59,822 nucleotides of DNA from Trichinella spiralis. Taxonomy: Eukaryota. The position numbers and the translations under genes were made by a program. The notes under the pieces were generated by a model, which saw nothing but the letters and a program-made list of their open reading frames with translations, made no database searches and was not told the DNA's origin. Positions within the stretch are counted from its first letter, which is position 1; every line of letters begins with the position of its first letter. Positions 13,241-25,738 of this stretch are shown piece after piece. The stretch is from NCBI RefSeq assembly GCF_000181795.1, contig NW_003526944.1, forward strand, positions 1,565,639 through 1,625,460, read 5' to 3'.

Positions 13241-14390
13241 CATCCGTCCAGTTTTATCTTTACCTTGTATAATCGATTAAAGCGCAACTTATGTAAATAA
13301 TTTTTGAAATAGAAAACAATAAGAAATAAACGAACGAATGATTCAATTATAATTTATGCAAATTTACAATTCTAATAATAGTCGTAGTAAATGAAATTAG
13401 ACGCGCATACATAAATATTGAAATATGAAGATACAATTTTAGAAAATGCGTAGTGAAACAATTTTTATTGATCTCGAAAATAAGAAAGCTGTAAAAGAAT
13501 AAAAATCGCCACTTTTCTTTGCACTTAAAGTATGTATCATCGAATCGCAATGTAGCGAGTGAAGTGTGAAATTCTTCCGGACAGTGCATTAAACAAGCAT
13601 TAATATTTTCTTTCATTTTCCATTTTCAATATCAAAATTCTCAATAATTTTAATCTGAAATATTTTTTCCCAATAAAAATGGTGAAATAAATTTTTTTAA
13701 ACTTTAATTGTATTCGCGATAATATGCAAATTTCCAATGAGGTATTTTTATTGTTCAATTGATCAATGAAAGAAAAAACAGATTTTATTTTCGAATCAGT
13801 TGAAATTAAAAAAAATGATGAAAAATAGATTAATATGAATGGGGGATTTTTCTTTATTATTTATTTGCTTTAATCAATCTCCGCTTATTATTTATTCATT
13901 AGTTAAATTTCAAGAATACAAAATGACGCTAATGATGCAGACGAAGCTGAGCGCGGTTGAAAATATTTCCACTTTGTTCAACGCTCGTGCAAAAGCATGC
14001 CCGTCGACTTGCTCTTCTTCTATCATTCCTGTTGTAAAATTATGCAAAAATTTTTTCTCCTTGCGCCTATGGTTGTGATCAAATTTGCATATTTGTAAGT
14101 TGCCAAAAAAACTAACTAAAAATAATGCCTAAATTGAATCAGTTGAAAAATTTTCACATTTTAACTTTGAAGTTGATATGGTTGATTTGCTTATTAATCG
14201 AATAATTTTGCAATCATTTCACGCTTGATTGTTACAGGTGTAAAAGCAATGGGCTCTTCTTGTCAACTTCCTTGCAGTGAAAAATTATAAAAAGCATCTG
14301 AAGGGAAAATTTGGCTTCTTCTCTTATTTTGCTTCTTCAACGTTAACAGAGAAGCTAATAATAATAATAATAATAATAATATCAAAAGCG

Positions 14391-15419
14391 ATGAATGCCA
14401 ACGAAACGGTGACCAATACCAACGAAACCGACATTACCACTGACCGACTACTTCCGCTGAGATTGTTCTTCGTTGTACTGTATGCTTTGCTGTTCGTCGT
14501 TGGTTTGGGCAACATCTTCGTCGCCATCTTCATTCTCAGCCACCGTATTTACAGTACAGTGACGAATATATTAATATTGAATCTCTCCGCGGCGGATACT
14601 ATTTATTTGCTCTTCTTACCGTTGGTTATTTCGTTCAAATTGCAACAAACGTGGAATTTCGGCCTAATCGCTTGTAAAACATTTTTCATATCGGAATCGA
14701 CCACCAAATATTCAAGCGTTTATTTCATCGCTTTGCTCAGCGTTGACCGCTACCTGAGCATCTGCTTCCGCAAACGCAATTGCCGTTGTCAAGTGACTTG
14801 GACAGTACTGTCGACAATAATCGGCTGGATCATGATCGCCTCGTTGATGGTTCCAATATATATGAACAGTAGAATTATTCAAATTTCCCCAACAAAAACC
14901 ATCTGCACCGTTGCTTGGCCAGCGTCGTCGTCGTCACCAAGAACCAACAAAGATGCAAATTATTACGGTCCTGAACACTACTTTACACTTTATTCATTTG
15001 TCTTTTGTTTTCTCATTCCTGCACTGGTGATCGTGTTCTGCTATTGTCGTCTGATAGTTCACTTGTTGCGTGCAAAAAAGCGAATCGGTCAGCACAGGAA
15101 ACAACATCGTCGCAATAAATCTTACAACTACGTCACCAAAATGGTGATGATGATCGTCGGATGTTATTTAATCTGCTGGACGCCGTATTGGGTGATGAAC
15201 TTGACGCTCATGTTCTCCAACTACCCCAAAATTGGTCTACCGGCACGGATCCTTTTCAACATTATCCACTCACTGCCGTACATCAACTGTGCGATGAATC
15301 CTCTCTTCTATACTCTGTTCACGACAACGTTCAAAGAGGCGTTGAAAAAATCATGCTTCCACGGAAGATGGATGCGAATAGCCGAGACGAATACCAATCA
15401 CGAACAACATTTGCTGTAA
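14391..15419 (+). CDS. Class A peptide GPCR, somatostatin/allatostatin-C/opioid receptor-like; intronless CDS
   Basis: Seven hydrophobic segments, N-terminal NET glycosylation sites, GN (TM1), NLSAAD (TM2), WNFG..C, DRY, CWTPYW and MNPLFY. Confidence 0.9.
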   Translation: MNANETVTNTNETDITTDRLLPLRLFFVVLYALLFVVGLGNIFVAIFILSHRIYSTVTNILILNLSAADTIYLLFLPLVISFKLQQTWNFGLIACKTFFISESTTKYSSVYFIALLSVDRYLSICFRKRNCRCQVTWTVLSTIIGWIMIASLMVPIYMNSRIIQISPTKTICTVAWPASSSSPRTNKDANYYGPEHYFTLYSFVFCFLIPALVIVFCYCRLIVHLLRAKKRIGQHRKQHRRNKSYNYVTKMVMMIVGCYLICWTPYWVMNLTLMFSNYPKIGLPARILFNIIHSLPYINCAMNPLFYTLFTTTFKEALKKSCFHGRWMRIAETNTNHEQHLL

Positions 15420-16858
15420 AACGAATTCACTTATTCAAATTCTATTTTTTTTTCTATACAAATGTTCTTGTTCATCTTTGCTCTTTTGTTTTTAATTTTT
15501 TCAATTTTTTTTTAGAAAAGTCGTGCATTTCAAGACGTTGATTTCGCAACGCAACGATACAGCCAATGGAGAAAATGCTATCGAAAAAATCGCAACTCCC
15601 GACTCCAGCAGCACAAAACAATAACAACATCTTCTGTAATGGCTTATGCTCGCAGAAAAGATTGTAAAATATTTCTGTATTCATATCAAAATTACAACAT
15701 TTCTCTTCAAGCGGTGGGAAAACTTTTCAAATTCTCAACGGTCAATGATGCTCAAAAAATAGAAAAGAATTTGTTAGGATGGAAAGTAAAAACAAAAAAA
15801 ACAATATTTTTGCATTCAATTTTTCAATGTGACAAATAACAATTTTCAAATTGTTTACTGTAAAAACTTTTTACTGTACATTTTTTTGTTTGAACTTGCA
15901 AATCGATATTCTTTTTTTTACAATTTACCGTAATTGGACATTCAATGTAGTGAAAAGCAGATCATTGAAATTAAAATCTACATTGGTGAAAAATATTCAT
16001 TAAAAGTTCTTTTTTTACTTCAACTCTACGCACTAGAGCATTATTTAAAATTATCCAACTTAAACTTTTTAATTGCTGTCATTATGCACACTTAAAAATT
16101 TTGATTTCATGCAAGTTAAATTACACTGTTTGAACGATTTCAAATAGGAAAATATGTGCATTTTGTTGTTTCGTACTAACCATATTCAAGCAGAGCAAAA
16201 ATTCACATTTTTACTAATAAATTAATTCCAAACGTGTTTGTCTGGCAAATGATTGAATTGAGCTAAACAATAAGATGAAATAAGAAAACAAAAGTGCAAA
16301 ATGCAGTTGTTTGTTGTCAGTGCAAGAAACTATGCTTAAAATAAGAGTAAATTCATGAAGTGACAAATATTTTAAATGGAGAATCTAACTTTTTTCCATA
16401 TAAATTTCTACTTGTCATTATTTCACAACTTAACTTGAACATTTTACAAATGGCATACTGTTGTTATTAAAATGTTATTGTTACAACACTGTTAAGATGA
16501 CAATACAGCAAAGAAAACACATTTTAAATAAATAAATTAGAATGCTTCAAATGATAGAAACCATACTGATAAAAATTTATCAAATTGAGGATAAAATTTT
16601 CAAAGCTTAGTTATTGAATAACTAACTGAGATTTACTAAACTTTTGCTGTTTTGCGCAGTCATTTTCTTTCTATACTCAACATTTCCAAAATTAATTTCA
16701 AACTTTATTTCATATAGTTAATCAAAATTTATTTTTTTTACATTTATGAAAAATGATTTTATTCAAATATGATAATAAAGTTACACTTATCTTCTGTATT
16801 TTAGAGTACTGTAAGTTTTTCTACTAACAACGCTGTTCATCTTTACGTTGGTTGAAAA

Positions 16859-19800
16859 ATGAGAATCTCCTTTGTGTTTTGTGTCCTATTATGCATATCT
16901 AGTAAGTATTTGTCTAAATGAATACGTATTATTTTCTAAAAATTAATATCTTGATTAAATCGTTTATTGAATTTGTTTACTTATTTTTGCTTTTCTGATG
17001 GTTAATGTTTTTCTGTGATTACTTCCAATGCATGAATCATATATTCTGTTTTGTATACTTTTAAATATTCACTAGCAAGAGTTGTCTTGTTTTGTTGATC
17101 TTGCATGGGTTTTCCAAAAGTATATGTTGTATTTTTTAAATATATTTTGGTATTTTTGTTTCATTTTTAAGAATTGTTAGTATTGTTAATAGTTATGTAT
17201 GCTTATTGTAATTATTTTTCGTTTTAGAAGCTGAACATTTTTTAATTTGCTTATTTTGCTGTTGCTTATTTTATTTGTTTGTTGCTTTGTTCACTTAGTG
17301 TAGTTGGCTGATTCATTTTTGTCACATGACAGAAGCGTCGATTGCTAATTCTGTTGACTCACGCTTCTGTTCACTGCAAGCGTAAATTTTTTTAACTTGC
17401 ATTTTTAATCATTTCAGTTATCAAATGTGAAGAAGCAATTCCTGTGTATAATGTGAACGACGGCGACAAGATAGTTGGACGAATTCAGACGAAAGCACAT
17501 TTTGTGGACATTGTAATGGTTTGCCATTTTTCTTTAATATAAATGAATAAATTAATTAACTAATTAATCATTTAGTAAAAAGAAAATGCTTCAAGATAGT
17601 TTTGAACTTATTAAATTGTTTTAATAATTGTAATTTCTGTTTGTTTGTTGAAGACTGGTAGCAGTAAAAATTTTGAATTGCGAGCAATTACTCCGGTTGC
17701 AATTTTAGCAAAAGTTGCGTCATCCATCCGTAAAATTTATTGTTGAATGCTCAACTTATGTCAAAAATGATTAATATATTTTGCGTTTTCATGATGAGCC
17801 ATTTTTAATGTGAATTTTTTCCCAATCATTTTGTTAAAAATGGACAGTTTCCTGTCATAGTTTATGATATTTAATAGTTTATGACATTTTCAATGATTCC
17901 GGACATGGGTTAATAAGCAGACATTTTGACAGGAAGTTTTGTTTTTAATATCAGATTTTTGTTTTCTATCTTGACACCGATTTCACTTCTGGTTTTTGTC
18001 AAACTAAGGGCAAACGCTGTTGGTGACGTTTGGCATAATTTCAGTTGTTTCCATTTCTTATAAAAATATTAGTGTAAATTAATAGCATTATTAACATGTT
18101 TGAAAACGTAGTATTTGAAGTATAAAAATCAAAGTTTTAGTTTTTACTAACTTTGATAAACTTCGAACATTTTGAAATATAACGCAGAATTTTTAGAATT
18201 AATTTTGTTTTATGAACAGCGTTGAGCATTTTTATTCGCTTATTTTGTAACTTTAATAATAATAAGCTGCATTCGTGAAAATTCGTAAAAACGATTAAAA
18301 TTAAAAAATAATACAATGTATCGCAGTAATAGTTTATGTGATGAGAAAGTTTTTACATTTGGCTTACATATTTTATTGTAATAGTTCAAACAGTGTATTA
18401 TAACATATTATATAATTAGTTTAGTAATTATTGGTGTTGAATGTATGTACTGTTTATGTGAACTATAGCAGCATGTTGTTTATTAATGTATATAAACATT
18501 ATAAAGATTAATTTTTAGAATGGCAAGGATGGGATAATTAAGGTACCTGGTAGCGCTAAAGTAACGAAGGACAAGGCCAGTCCAAAAGATGAAGTTTGGG
18601 TAAACTTCATGTGGACTGTATCGAACATCTCGTATGAATGGAATTTGAATTTTAAATTGAAAAATGAAAACGTAATTTTCGAAAGTGCAACATTGAAGCA
18701 AAACAGTAATAATACATGTCGATAGTTTTATTTTATTATTAATATTGTGTTTTATTATTTCAGGCATTACGCAAATTTTTAAACCAATGATGAATTTTGG
18801 AAATTGGACTCATGCTTATTCTTGCAAATTTGTCGTAACAGCAGCTGATTCAAATTTACCCGAAGAGCTCCCTCGAATGATAATGCAGAGCAATAAGATT
18901 CAGGTGTTCAATTTCATGAAGAATTTTTCAGAAGGTCTTTAATTGAAAATAATAATACGAAAGTTGTTCAATTTTACATTTTTGATATTTGAAGATGTAA
19001 CAACTTGTCAGGCCGATCTTTCTGCCCCTGACGTGGGTCATTGGAACTTGACCAATGATAAATCTGAAATTTGCTTGCGATTTGATGGGGCAGTAAAGTT
19101 GAACGTCACATATAAAGATTTGAAAGTAATTTGTATTGCTTAAATGCTTAAAAAGAAATAAGCAGAAATAACACTTAACTTTTATAGAAAGAAACGGAGA
19201 GCGTTTTACTGAATGTTCCAAGTTCTGCATATATTATTCCATCAGAAAGTTATTGTGCCAGTGCCAATGCGAGTGTCAACGAAACAACAGAACAACGTTT
19301 GACTCTCGGCTTTTATGACGACTGGAGTTTGAGTTATTTGTTCACTCGTGATGCAAATATTACTGGTGACAAAAGAGGCGATCATTGGATACTGCATGAG
19401 GTCACTTTGAAGCGTAAAATGATGGACGTATTAACTCCGAATTGTTTGAACCCAGGTTTTTTATTCGTTTCCAACTTTTTCTTCTTCAACCATTTCTACA
19501 TTTAATAATTGTTTAATATTTTTTAAGATCAAGTTGAAACCGATGAATTGAAAGACGTAAAGTTGTTCTACACGATGAATGACCGTTCATACGGTTGCAT
19601 GTCAGACCAGATAGTTCAGGTGGACAAGGATGTTGTTGCGCATTTGTCACACGTGCGCGTTCAACCTTTCATGCTTTCACCACAATTTTTTGCAGGTAAT
19701 TTTTGTTTGTTTGTGTTTTACTTGTTGTGATTTGTTTTTGATTTTTTTATTTTTAGAGGAAAAATGTTCCGCAGATTTGATGACCAGTGATTTGATACCG

Positions 19801-19902
19801 ATCATTATTGGTGCAGCTTTGGCGATTCTCGTAGTAATCGTTCTGGTAGCATATTTGATTGGCCGGGCTCGTACCCGCCGACAAACATATGAAAACATCT
19901 GA
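16859..19902 (+). CDS. Lysosome-associated membrane glycoprotein (LAMP / lmp-1-like), about 8 exons
   Basis: Signal peptide MRISFVFCVLLCISIIKC (16859 exon spliced to 17418). Two luminal modules end AYSC...IQVF...TTCQAD and SYGC...VRVQPF...EKCSAD, followed by TM LIPIIIGAALAILVVIVLVAYLIGR and tail ARTRRQTYENI*. Confidence 0.88.
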
Positions 19903-20672
19903 AAACTTTTCTACATATATATTTTTTTTTCCTCTATTCTCTTCTTTGAAATTTTACATTACTATCTTTATAGTTTCTTTATTTTTTATTATTATTTATT
20001 CTTCAAGCTTTTCTTTTTAAAAATCTACATTATCTGGTAAGAGAATGCCTTGATCAAAAAATGTTTTCGATTGTGTGATTTTTTTGAATATTATATACAT
20101 GCGTAACATTATGTTAACTTAACCAGTTATGCATGTATATATTATATACATATTTATTTATTTTCACATTAGTGAACTAACGGTTGATTGTATGTGTTAT
20201 ATGTATACATTTGACGATACTTTTTTTCTCAAATATTTGATCTGTTTGCGATTAATGCGTGAAATTGATAACGTTTCGTCTTCTCTGATGGAATGTAAAA
20301 TTGTCATCAGGCAATAATTATGCACAATAATTTATTGGAAATTTTTTTGCAAAATTTTGCTTTTAAATTTTTGATCCGCTGTACAAATTTTTATTTTGTC
20401 CATCTATTTTACACAGTCTCTTCTGTCAACCGTGTGGAATATGCTTAGTAGAGAAAAAAAATTGAGTAAAAATGTTGTGATTTCTATTGTCACAATCACA
20501 CTGCTTGCTTTTCAAGCGTCTAAAAACGCAGGATTTTTACATTTCTCCTATTGTTGTTCGATGAATCACAAAAAATGATCCACTGAAAACGAATTGCATA
20601 TTCCTCTTTTTTTGAATTAATTATTTTTTAGTTTTGTTTTTCTTTTCCCATTTCTCATTTTGGCTTCACATC

Positions 20673-21078
20673 ATGAATCCAGCATCGGGTCGAGGTGAAG
20701 ATTGGAACAACTCTGATGCGGAAATGTTGGACGTTCTTGCAAACAAAGAGGTGAGATATTTACGTCGACGAATTGTGGAAAATTATGCAGTCGTGAATTT
20801 ACATTGTGAAAGTTTCTCCACAATTTATTGCGTTTTCAGTTGTTAATTTATTGCAATTTTTTTGTAAGCGATATTAATTTTTGTTTCAAATATTAGACAA
20901 TTATGGCATCACGAAGTCAAGTGAATAATGACGAAGGTACAAGCGTTGAGGCTTTCAGAGATTTTTTCAACAGTACGTCAATTGGCCATTGGTTGAGTTG
21001 AAGAGAGATGTTGATCGATTGATTAATTTTTGATTTTCAGAATTTGAAGATCTCTGCGATGAAGACGACCTAGATTGA
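20673..21078 (+). CDS. cops9: COP9 signalosome subunit 9 / CSNAP (MYEOV2-like) microprotein, 63 aa, exons 20673-20750, 20897-20972, 21041-21078
   Basis: Splicing at canonical GT/AG sites gives MNPASGRGEDWNNSDAEMLDVLANKE-TIMASRSQVNNDEGTSVEAFRDFFNKFEDLCDEDDLD*. This matches the CSNAP motifs MDLAANEK and DFFNDFEDLFDDDDI. Confidence 0.8.
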
Positions 21079-21147
21079 AAATATATCCACTTCGATCGAT
21101 TTGTTTTTATTTGTTCTTTTTTTTCGTTTTGCAAAGTTTTTTCTTGA

Positions 21148-23641
21148 ATGGGATTTTTCTGCGTTGTTACTCGTTTGACAAAATTGGCTCCATTTTCTCC
21201 GTTGCTGACATCTTCTCGTCCAGTGGTCAGTGTGCAAGCCGATGTCGGCTCAGTGCCGATGATTCTGGAAACTGGTCAATTGGCCAGACTGGCCGACGGT
21301 TCGGCCGTGGCGAAAATGGGCGCCACGGCGGTCATGGCGACCGTGGTGGCCAAGAGCCGTTCGGCGGTGCAGCCGATGATGTTCATGCCTTTGACGGTCG
21401 ACTACCGAAGCAGGGCGGCGGCCGTCGGTCGCATACCGACCAATTTTTTGAGACGCGAAATCGGCGCCTCGGACAGTGAAATACTGACCGCCAGGATGAT
21501 CGACCGTTCTCTGAGGCCGGCTTTCGGGCGGGACTGCTACGTCGATTGTCAAGTCAGTTGCAGCTTGTTGTCTTTGGAAGCGGACGCCACTGGGGCGGAT
21601 GTGCTCGCCGTCAACGCAGCTTCGGCCGCTTTGGCTTGTTCGAACGTGGTCTGGAACGGCCCGGTGGCTTGCGCCAGGGTTTGTTGGGTCGATTCGAGGC
21701 CGGTTTTGAATCCCAGCCGGCAGCAGTTGGAAATGAGCACCCTGAATTTGGTGTTGTCGGTCGGCGAGCATCGTCGGATAGTGATGGTCGAAGCGGGCGG
21801 TGGCAGCAGCGGCTCCTGCTCCTTGGACCAATTGTACGCTTGTTGCGACTTGGCCGTCGACAGTGCCCAACGGACCTTGGATGCCATCAAGCAGTTGGCG
21901 GCCAGAGCTGGAAAGCCGAAACGCGTCCCGAGTGGTCAACTGCTGCCGGCCGACAAGCCTGACGATCTCACTGGCGCCATTCAGCTTTACGCTTCGGCCA
22001 CGTTGGGCGAGCTGTTGTTGGACAAAGACCTGGACAAGATGGCTTTCGACGAACGGGTGGCAAATTTGCGCCACGAAACCGCGGACAATTTGCGTCAAGC
22101 CGACTGTTTCCAAGACGACCAGTTGCGCTTTTTCGACGTTGCGTTCAACGATCTGCTGAAGAAAGCCCTACGCGATCAAGTGTTCAACACTGGTCACAGG
22201 CGTGACGGTCGCACGTTGGACGAACTCAGACCAATCGACTGTTCAGTGGATTTGTACCCGTCACTGCATGGTTCTGCACTCTTTCAGAGGTGACGATTAT
22301 TCATCCATTTGTTTGTTTGTTTGTTTGTTTGTTTGTTTATTTGTTGTTCCTGTGAACAGAGGACAAACGCAGGTGATGTGCTCGCTGACATTCGATTCTC
22401 GACAAGCGGCTTTTCGAGGCGACGTGTTCTCTCTGCTGAATAGTGGTGGAATAACGAAAGAGAAGAAATTCATGTTCCATTACAATTTCGCGTCGTTTGC
22501 GACCAACGAGCTGTCATCAGCACGCGGCATTGGTCGTCGGGAGTTGGGCCACGGTGCGTTGGCTGAAAAAGCTTTACGTCCGGTGGTGCCGTCCGATTTC
22601 CCATTCACTATACGTCTGGCGGCTGATGTGCTCGAAAGTAACGGCAGCTCGTCGATGGCATCCGTCTGTGCCGGCTCTTTGGCACTGATGGATGCAGGCG
22701 TGCCAACAAAGAGCTCCGTCTCCGGTGTAGCGATCGGTTTGATGAGCAAACAAGGTGAGCGAATATATAATCTATATATTGGTATTCGATTTTTTGATTT
22801 TTTATTGAAATTTCTATTTTTCTTTAAAATATATTCTTGGCGAGATGTTGGCACAGCTCACACATCATCGTTTGTTTGTATTTTAGACGAAAATGGAAAC
22901 ATTTCAGATTATCGTCTATTAACAGATATTGCTGGTATTGAAGACTTTTTCGGTGATATGGATTTCAAAATTGCTTTCACGTCGAACGGTGAAGTGACGG
23001 CCATTCAATTGGACACTAAACTTCTAGGCGGCATCGATCAGCGCATCTTCCGTCAGGCTTGTGAACGGGGTTTGCAAGCGAATCGGAACGTGCAACGGAA
23101 AATGGCCGCCTGCTTGGCCAAGCCGAGGGCGGCGGTCAAGCCCAACGGACCGGTGGAAGAGCAGCTTCCAGTTCCGGCTTCGAAACGCAGCCGGCTGCTC
23201 GGCGCCGGTGGTTTGAACTTGAAACGGATTGAAGCCCGCACCGGTGTGCAAATATCCCAACTGGACGACACGGTCTATTCGGTGTTCGCGCCGAACAAGC
23301 AGGCGATGCAGCAGGCGCGTCAAAGTTTGGACCAGCTTCTTGCCGACAACGTCGAAGAGGAGCAGCTTGAATTTGGCGCCATATACGAGACCAAAATTGT
23401 CGAACTGAAAGACGCCGGTCTGATGGTGCAGTTGCATCCGTCCTTGGCGCCGGTTTTCGTACCAAATTCCCAACTCGACAGCCGTCGCATCGCACATCCC
23501 GCCACGTTGGGCTTCCAAGTTGGCCAGACGCTGTTGGTCAAATATTTCGGCCGGGATCCAGTCACTGGTCAAATGCGGCTTTCTAGAAAAGTGTTGCAAC
23601 AGATCGGACCTGCTGGTACGAAAAAACTTGGCATTGAATAA
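21148..23641 (+). CDS. pnpt1: Mitochondrial polyribonucleotide nucleotidyltransferase (PNPase), exons 21148-22289, 22340-22754, 22887-23641
   Basis: LARLADGSAV, FMPLTVDYR, GRIPTNFLRRE, RRDGR, HGSALFQRGQTQV, RRELGHGALAE, ESNGSSSMASVC, GDMDFK, then KH and S1 domains ending KYFGRDPVTGQMRLSRKVLQ; presequence-like N-terminus. Confidence 0.96.
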
Positions 23642-24534
23642 TAAGAATAAGAATAATAACGAGACGAGAATGTTGAAATGACGGTGAAAATTATTTTATA
23701 TTAATAATAATGTACATTTTTTGCTCAAATGCAACAAATGAAAAATGTAACGTATACATAGAAAACTTTTCTTAAATCTTTCATTTTTTTAACTGTCATC
23801 TATTTTTCACATCACATGGCTGGCTGTTTTTGCTGATGGTGAAAACTGCGTTTCCATATTATGCATTGTATAATTGTGCAAACAAAAAACGAACGAACGC
23901 GCACCATGCTATGCAGAAATTTGTGCTGCACAAAGATCGATCATTCGATAAATATGCAACGCGAAAGAGGCCAGACACATGAATGAAACAAGTTTTGGCT
24001 GCTGCTGATGCTGATAAAATTGTACAAATTTGCAATTTGACAAAAACCAAAACCATAAACACGCTATGCACCATCAGCATTCACATTAGCCAAATTCGAA
24101 CGTCGGTGGAAAAGTAATAATAAATCGGTTGCATCGTCATCACCACGAAAAGAATGCTCTCGTCTTATTCATTGCAAATCATCATCATCAACCTTGCAAT
24201 ATCAGTGGAGAAGAAAAAAGCATGCATAAATCATCTTTTTTACCCATTTGAAATTGATCACCTTGCAGATAGATATTGCACAGGTGGCATGTGGCTTGTG
24301 GAACTTGTGAATCTAAATGCCAAGAAGTTCAGGACAACGCAGCAACGTTTGCGAATGTCCAAAAATGTTGACGATGCTCTACGGCCTGATTTTTGCAAGG
24401 TCGCAACGTAGCAAAGATCACTTTTAACCATTGGAAATGGCAAACTGCTTTTGAAACTTTGCATCTTTCAGTCGATAATACACATTAACTAATAGCAGAA
24501 CAATATTTTATAAATAAATAAACAAGCAAAATGC

Positions 24535-24556
24535 ATATATATATATATATATATAT
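24535..24556. repeat. (AT)n microsatellite
   Basis: About 11 AT units seen directly. Confidence 0.85.
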
Positions 24557-25738
24557 CCAATTTTATCATGTATATATATAACTACATAAGCAAATATTTA
24601 TCCTTTTCCGTATGTCCGTATGTGTTTGCAAATACATACACAGATGCACATATGCATAAATATAAATAAATAAATATACGTACAAAAAAATTTTACGTTA
24701 CAATTTATTCGATGTGAAAATCAAGTAAAAAATTATTATATATATATGAGCAAGTTATAATTAAAATTTTAACAAAATTCACATTAGAAGTTCAGTTGTT
24801 GCTTTTCAAATTTTATTAACTGCTTTATTAAATTTTATTAAAAAAACAATTTAAACTATTTCATTCAGTTGCTATTTATTTATTACTAATGCACGAAGCA
24901 TTTGAAAAATAGGGAAGACATATGACGCTGAAAATTTGCATCATTTACATTCCTTATTTGGCAATAATGCTGTGATTCAATTTTAAAGAATTTTAATACA
25001 TTTAATTGCGTCATAAACGTATCAATTCAGCAGCTTTTTTAATTTTATACGACGCAGATGTTTTTATCTTTTTACACTGTTTTGCTCTTTGAGATGTGAA
25101 GAACAAGTATTGCATTTTAACTGAACGAAATAAAATTGCATTTCAAATAAATCATAAATAAAATAAAACATTTAAATCAATTAATTGCCATATTTACTTT
25201 ATATTTTGAATTTAATATATTTTTGTAGAATGAGTAAATAATTCATTTGTACTTTTTGCACGTTTACGGTAGCAATGAAGTATGGTGACTTGGAGGGATA
25301 TGAATTATTCCAAATTTTTTTTGTTTAATGGTATCTTTATGATATGTAACTGGTCAGGAATCCTCAATAGTTCTTATGTTGTTCGTTTAATGACATATTA
25401 TTCTGCTAAAGTTATTATCCAATTTTATCATACAGTTGCATCAGAATGACGATTTTCTATTTATGATGCTCAAATTTAGATTTGTTTAAATATTGTTAAC
25501 TTGTTTTCGTTGGAAATTTAAGTTTTTCTGTTTATAAATTTTGCTGAGATGAATGAAAACATTTCATATCTGCGCTTTCATTGAAATCTACAATCGTTCG
25601 CGACACCCCAGATATGTTTTGAAATTCAAAATGTTGGCTGTTGAAATGACATTTCTACGGTTACTTTATGTGTAGTATATATTTTATTTTCAGAAAAGAT
25701 TCATATAACTGGAAATTTGATATTCTTCTTTTTCTGGC

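Noticed and set aside
17790..17940. ATGATGA box and TTCCTGTCA/TGACAGGAA inverted repeat in a LAMP intron
   Set aside because: No matching D box at a suitable distance; a 9-bp inverted repeat is within chance.
21250..23599. Long antisense and alternative-frame ORFs over PNPase (and 8047-8718 over eIF4E)
   Set aside because: Expected shadow ORFs of GC-rich coding sequence; no recognisable protein features.
21148..23641. High GC and long exons of PNPase suggesting bacterial horizontal transfer
   Set aside because: The sequence has animal mitochondrial PNPT1 signatures (GRIPTNFLRRE, KYFGRDP..G.MRLSRKVLQ), a presequence-like N-terminus and two spliceosomal introns.
23859..24464. Short ORFs between PNPase and RPL14
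   Set aside because: No recognisable motif or consistent exon chain; cannot support a gene.
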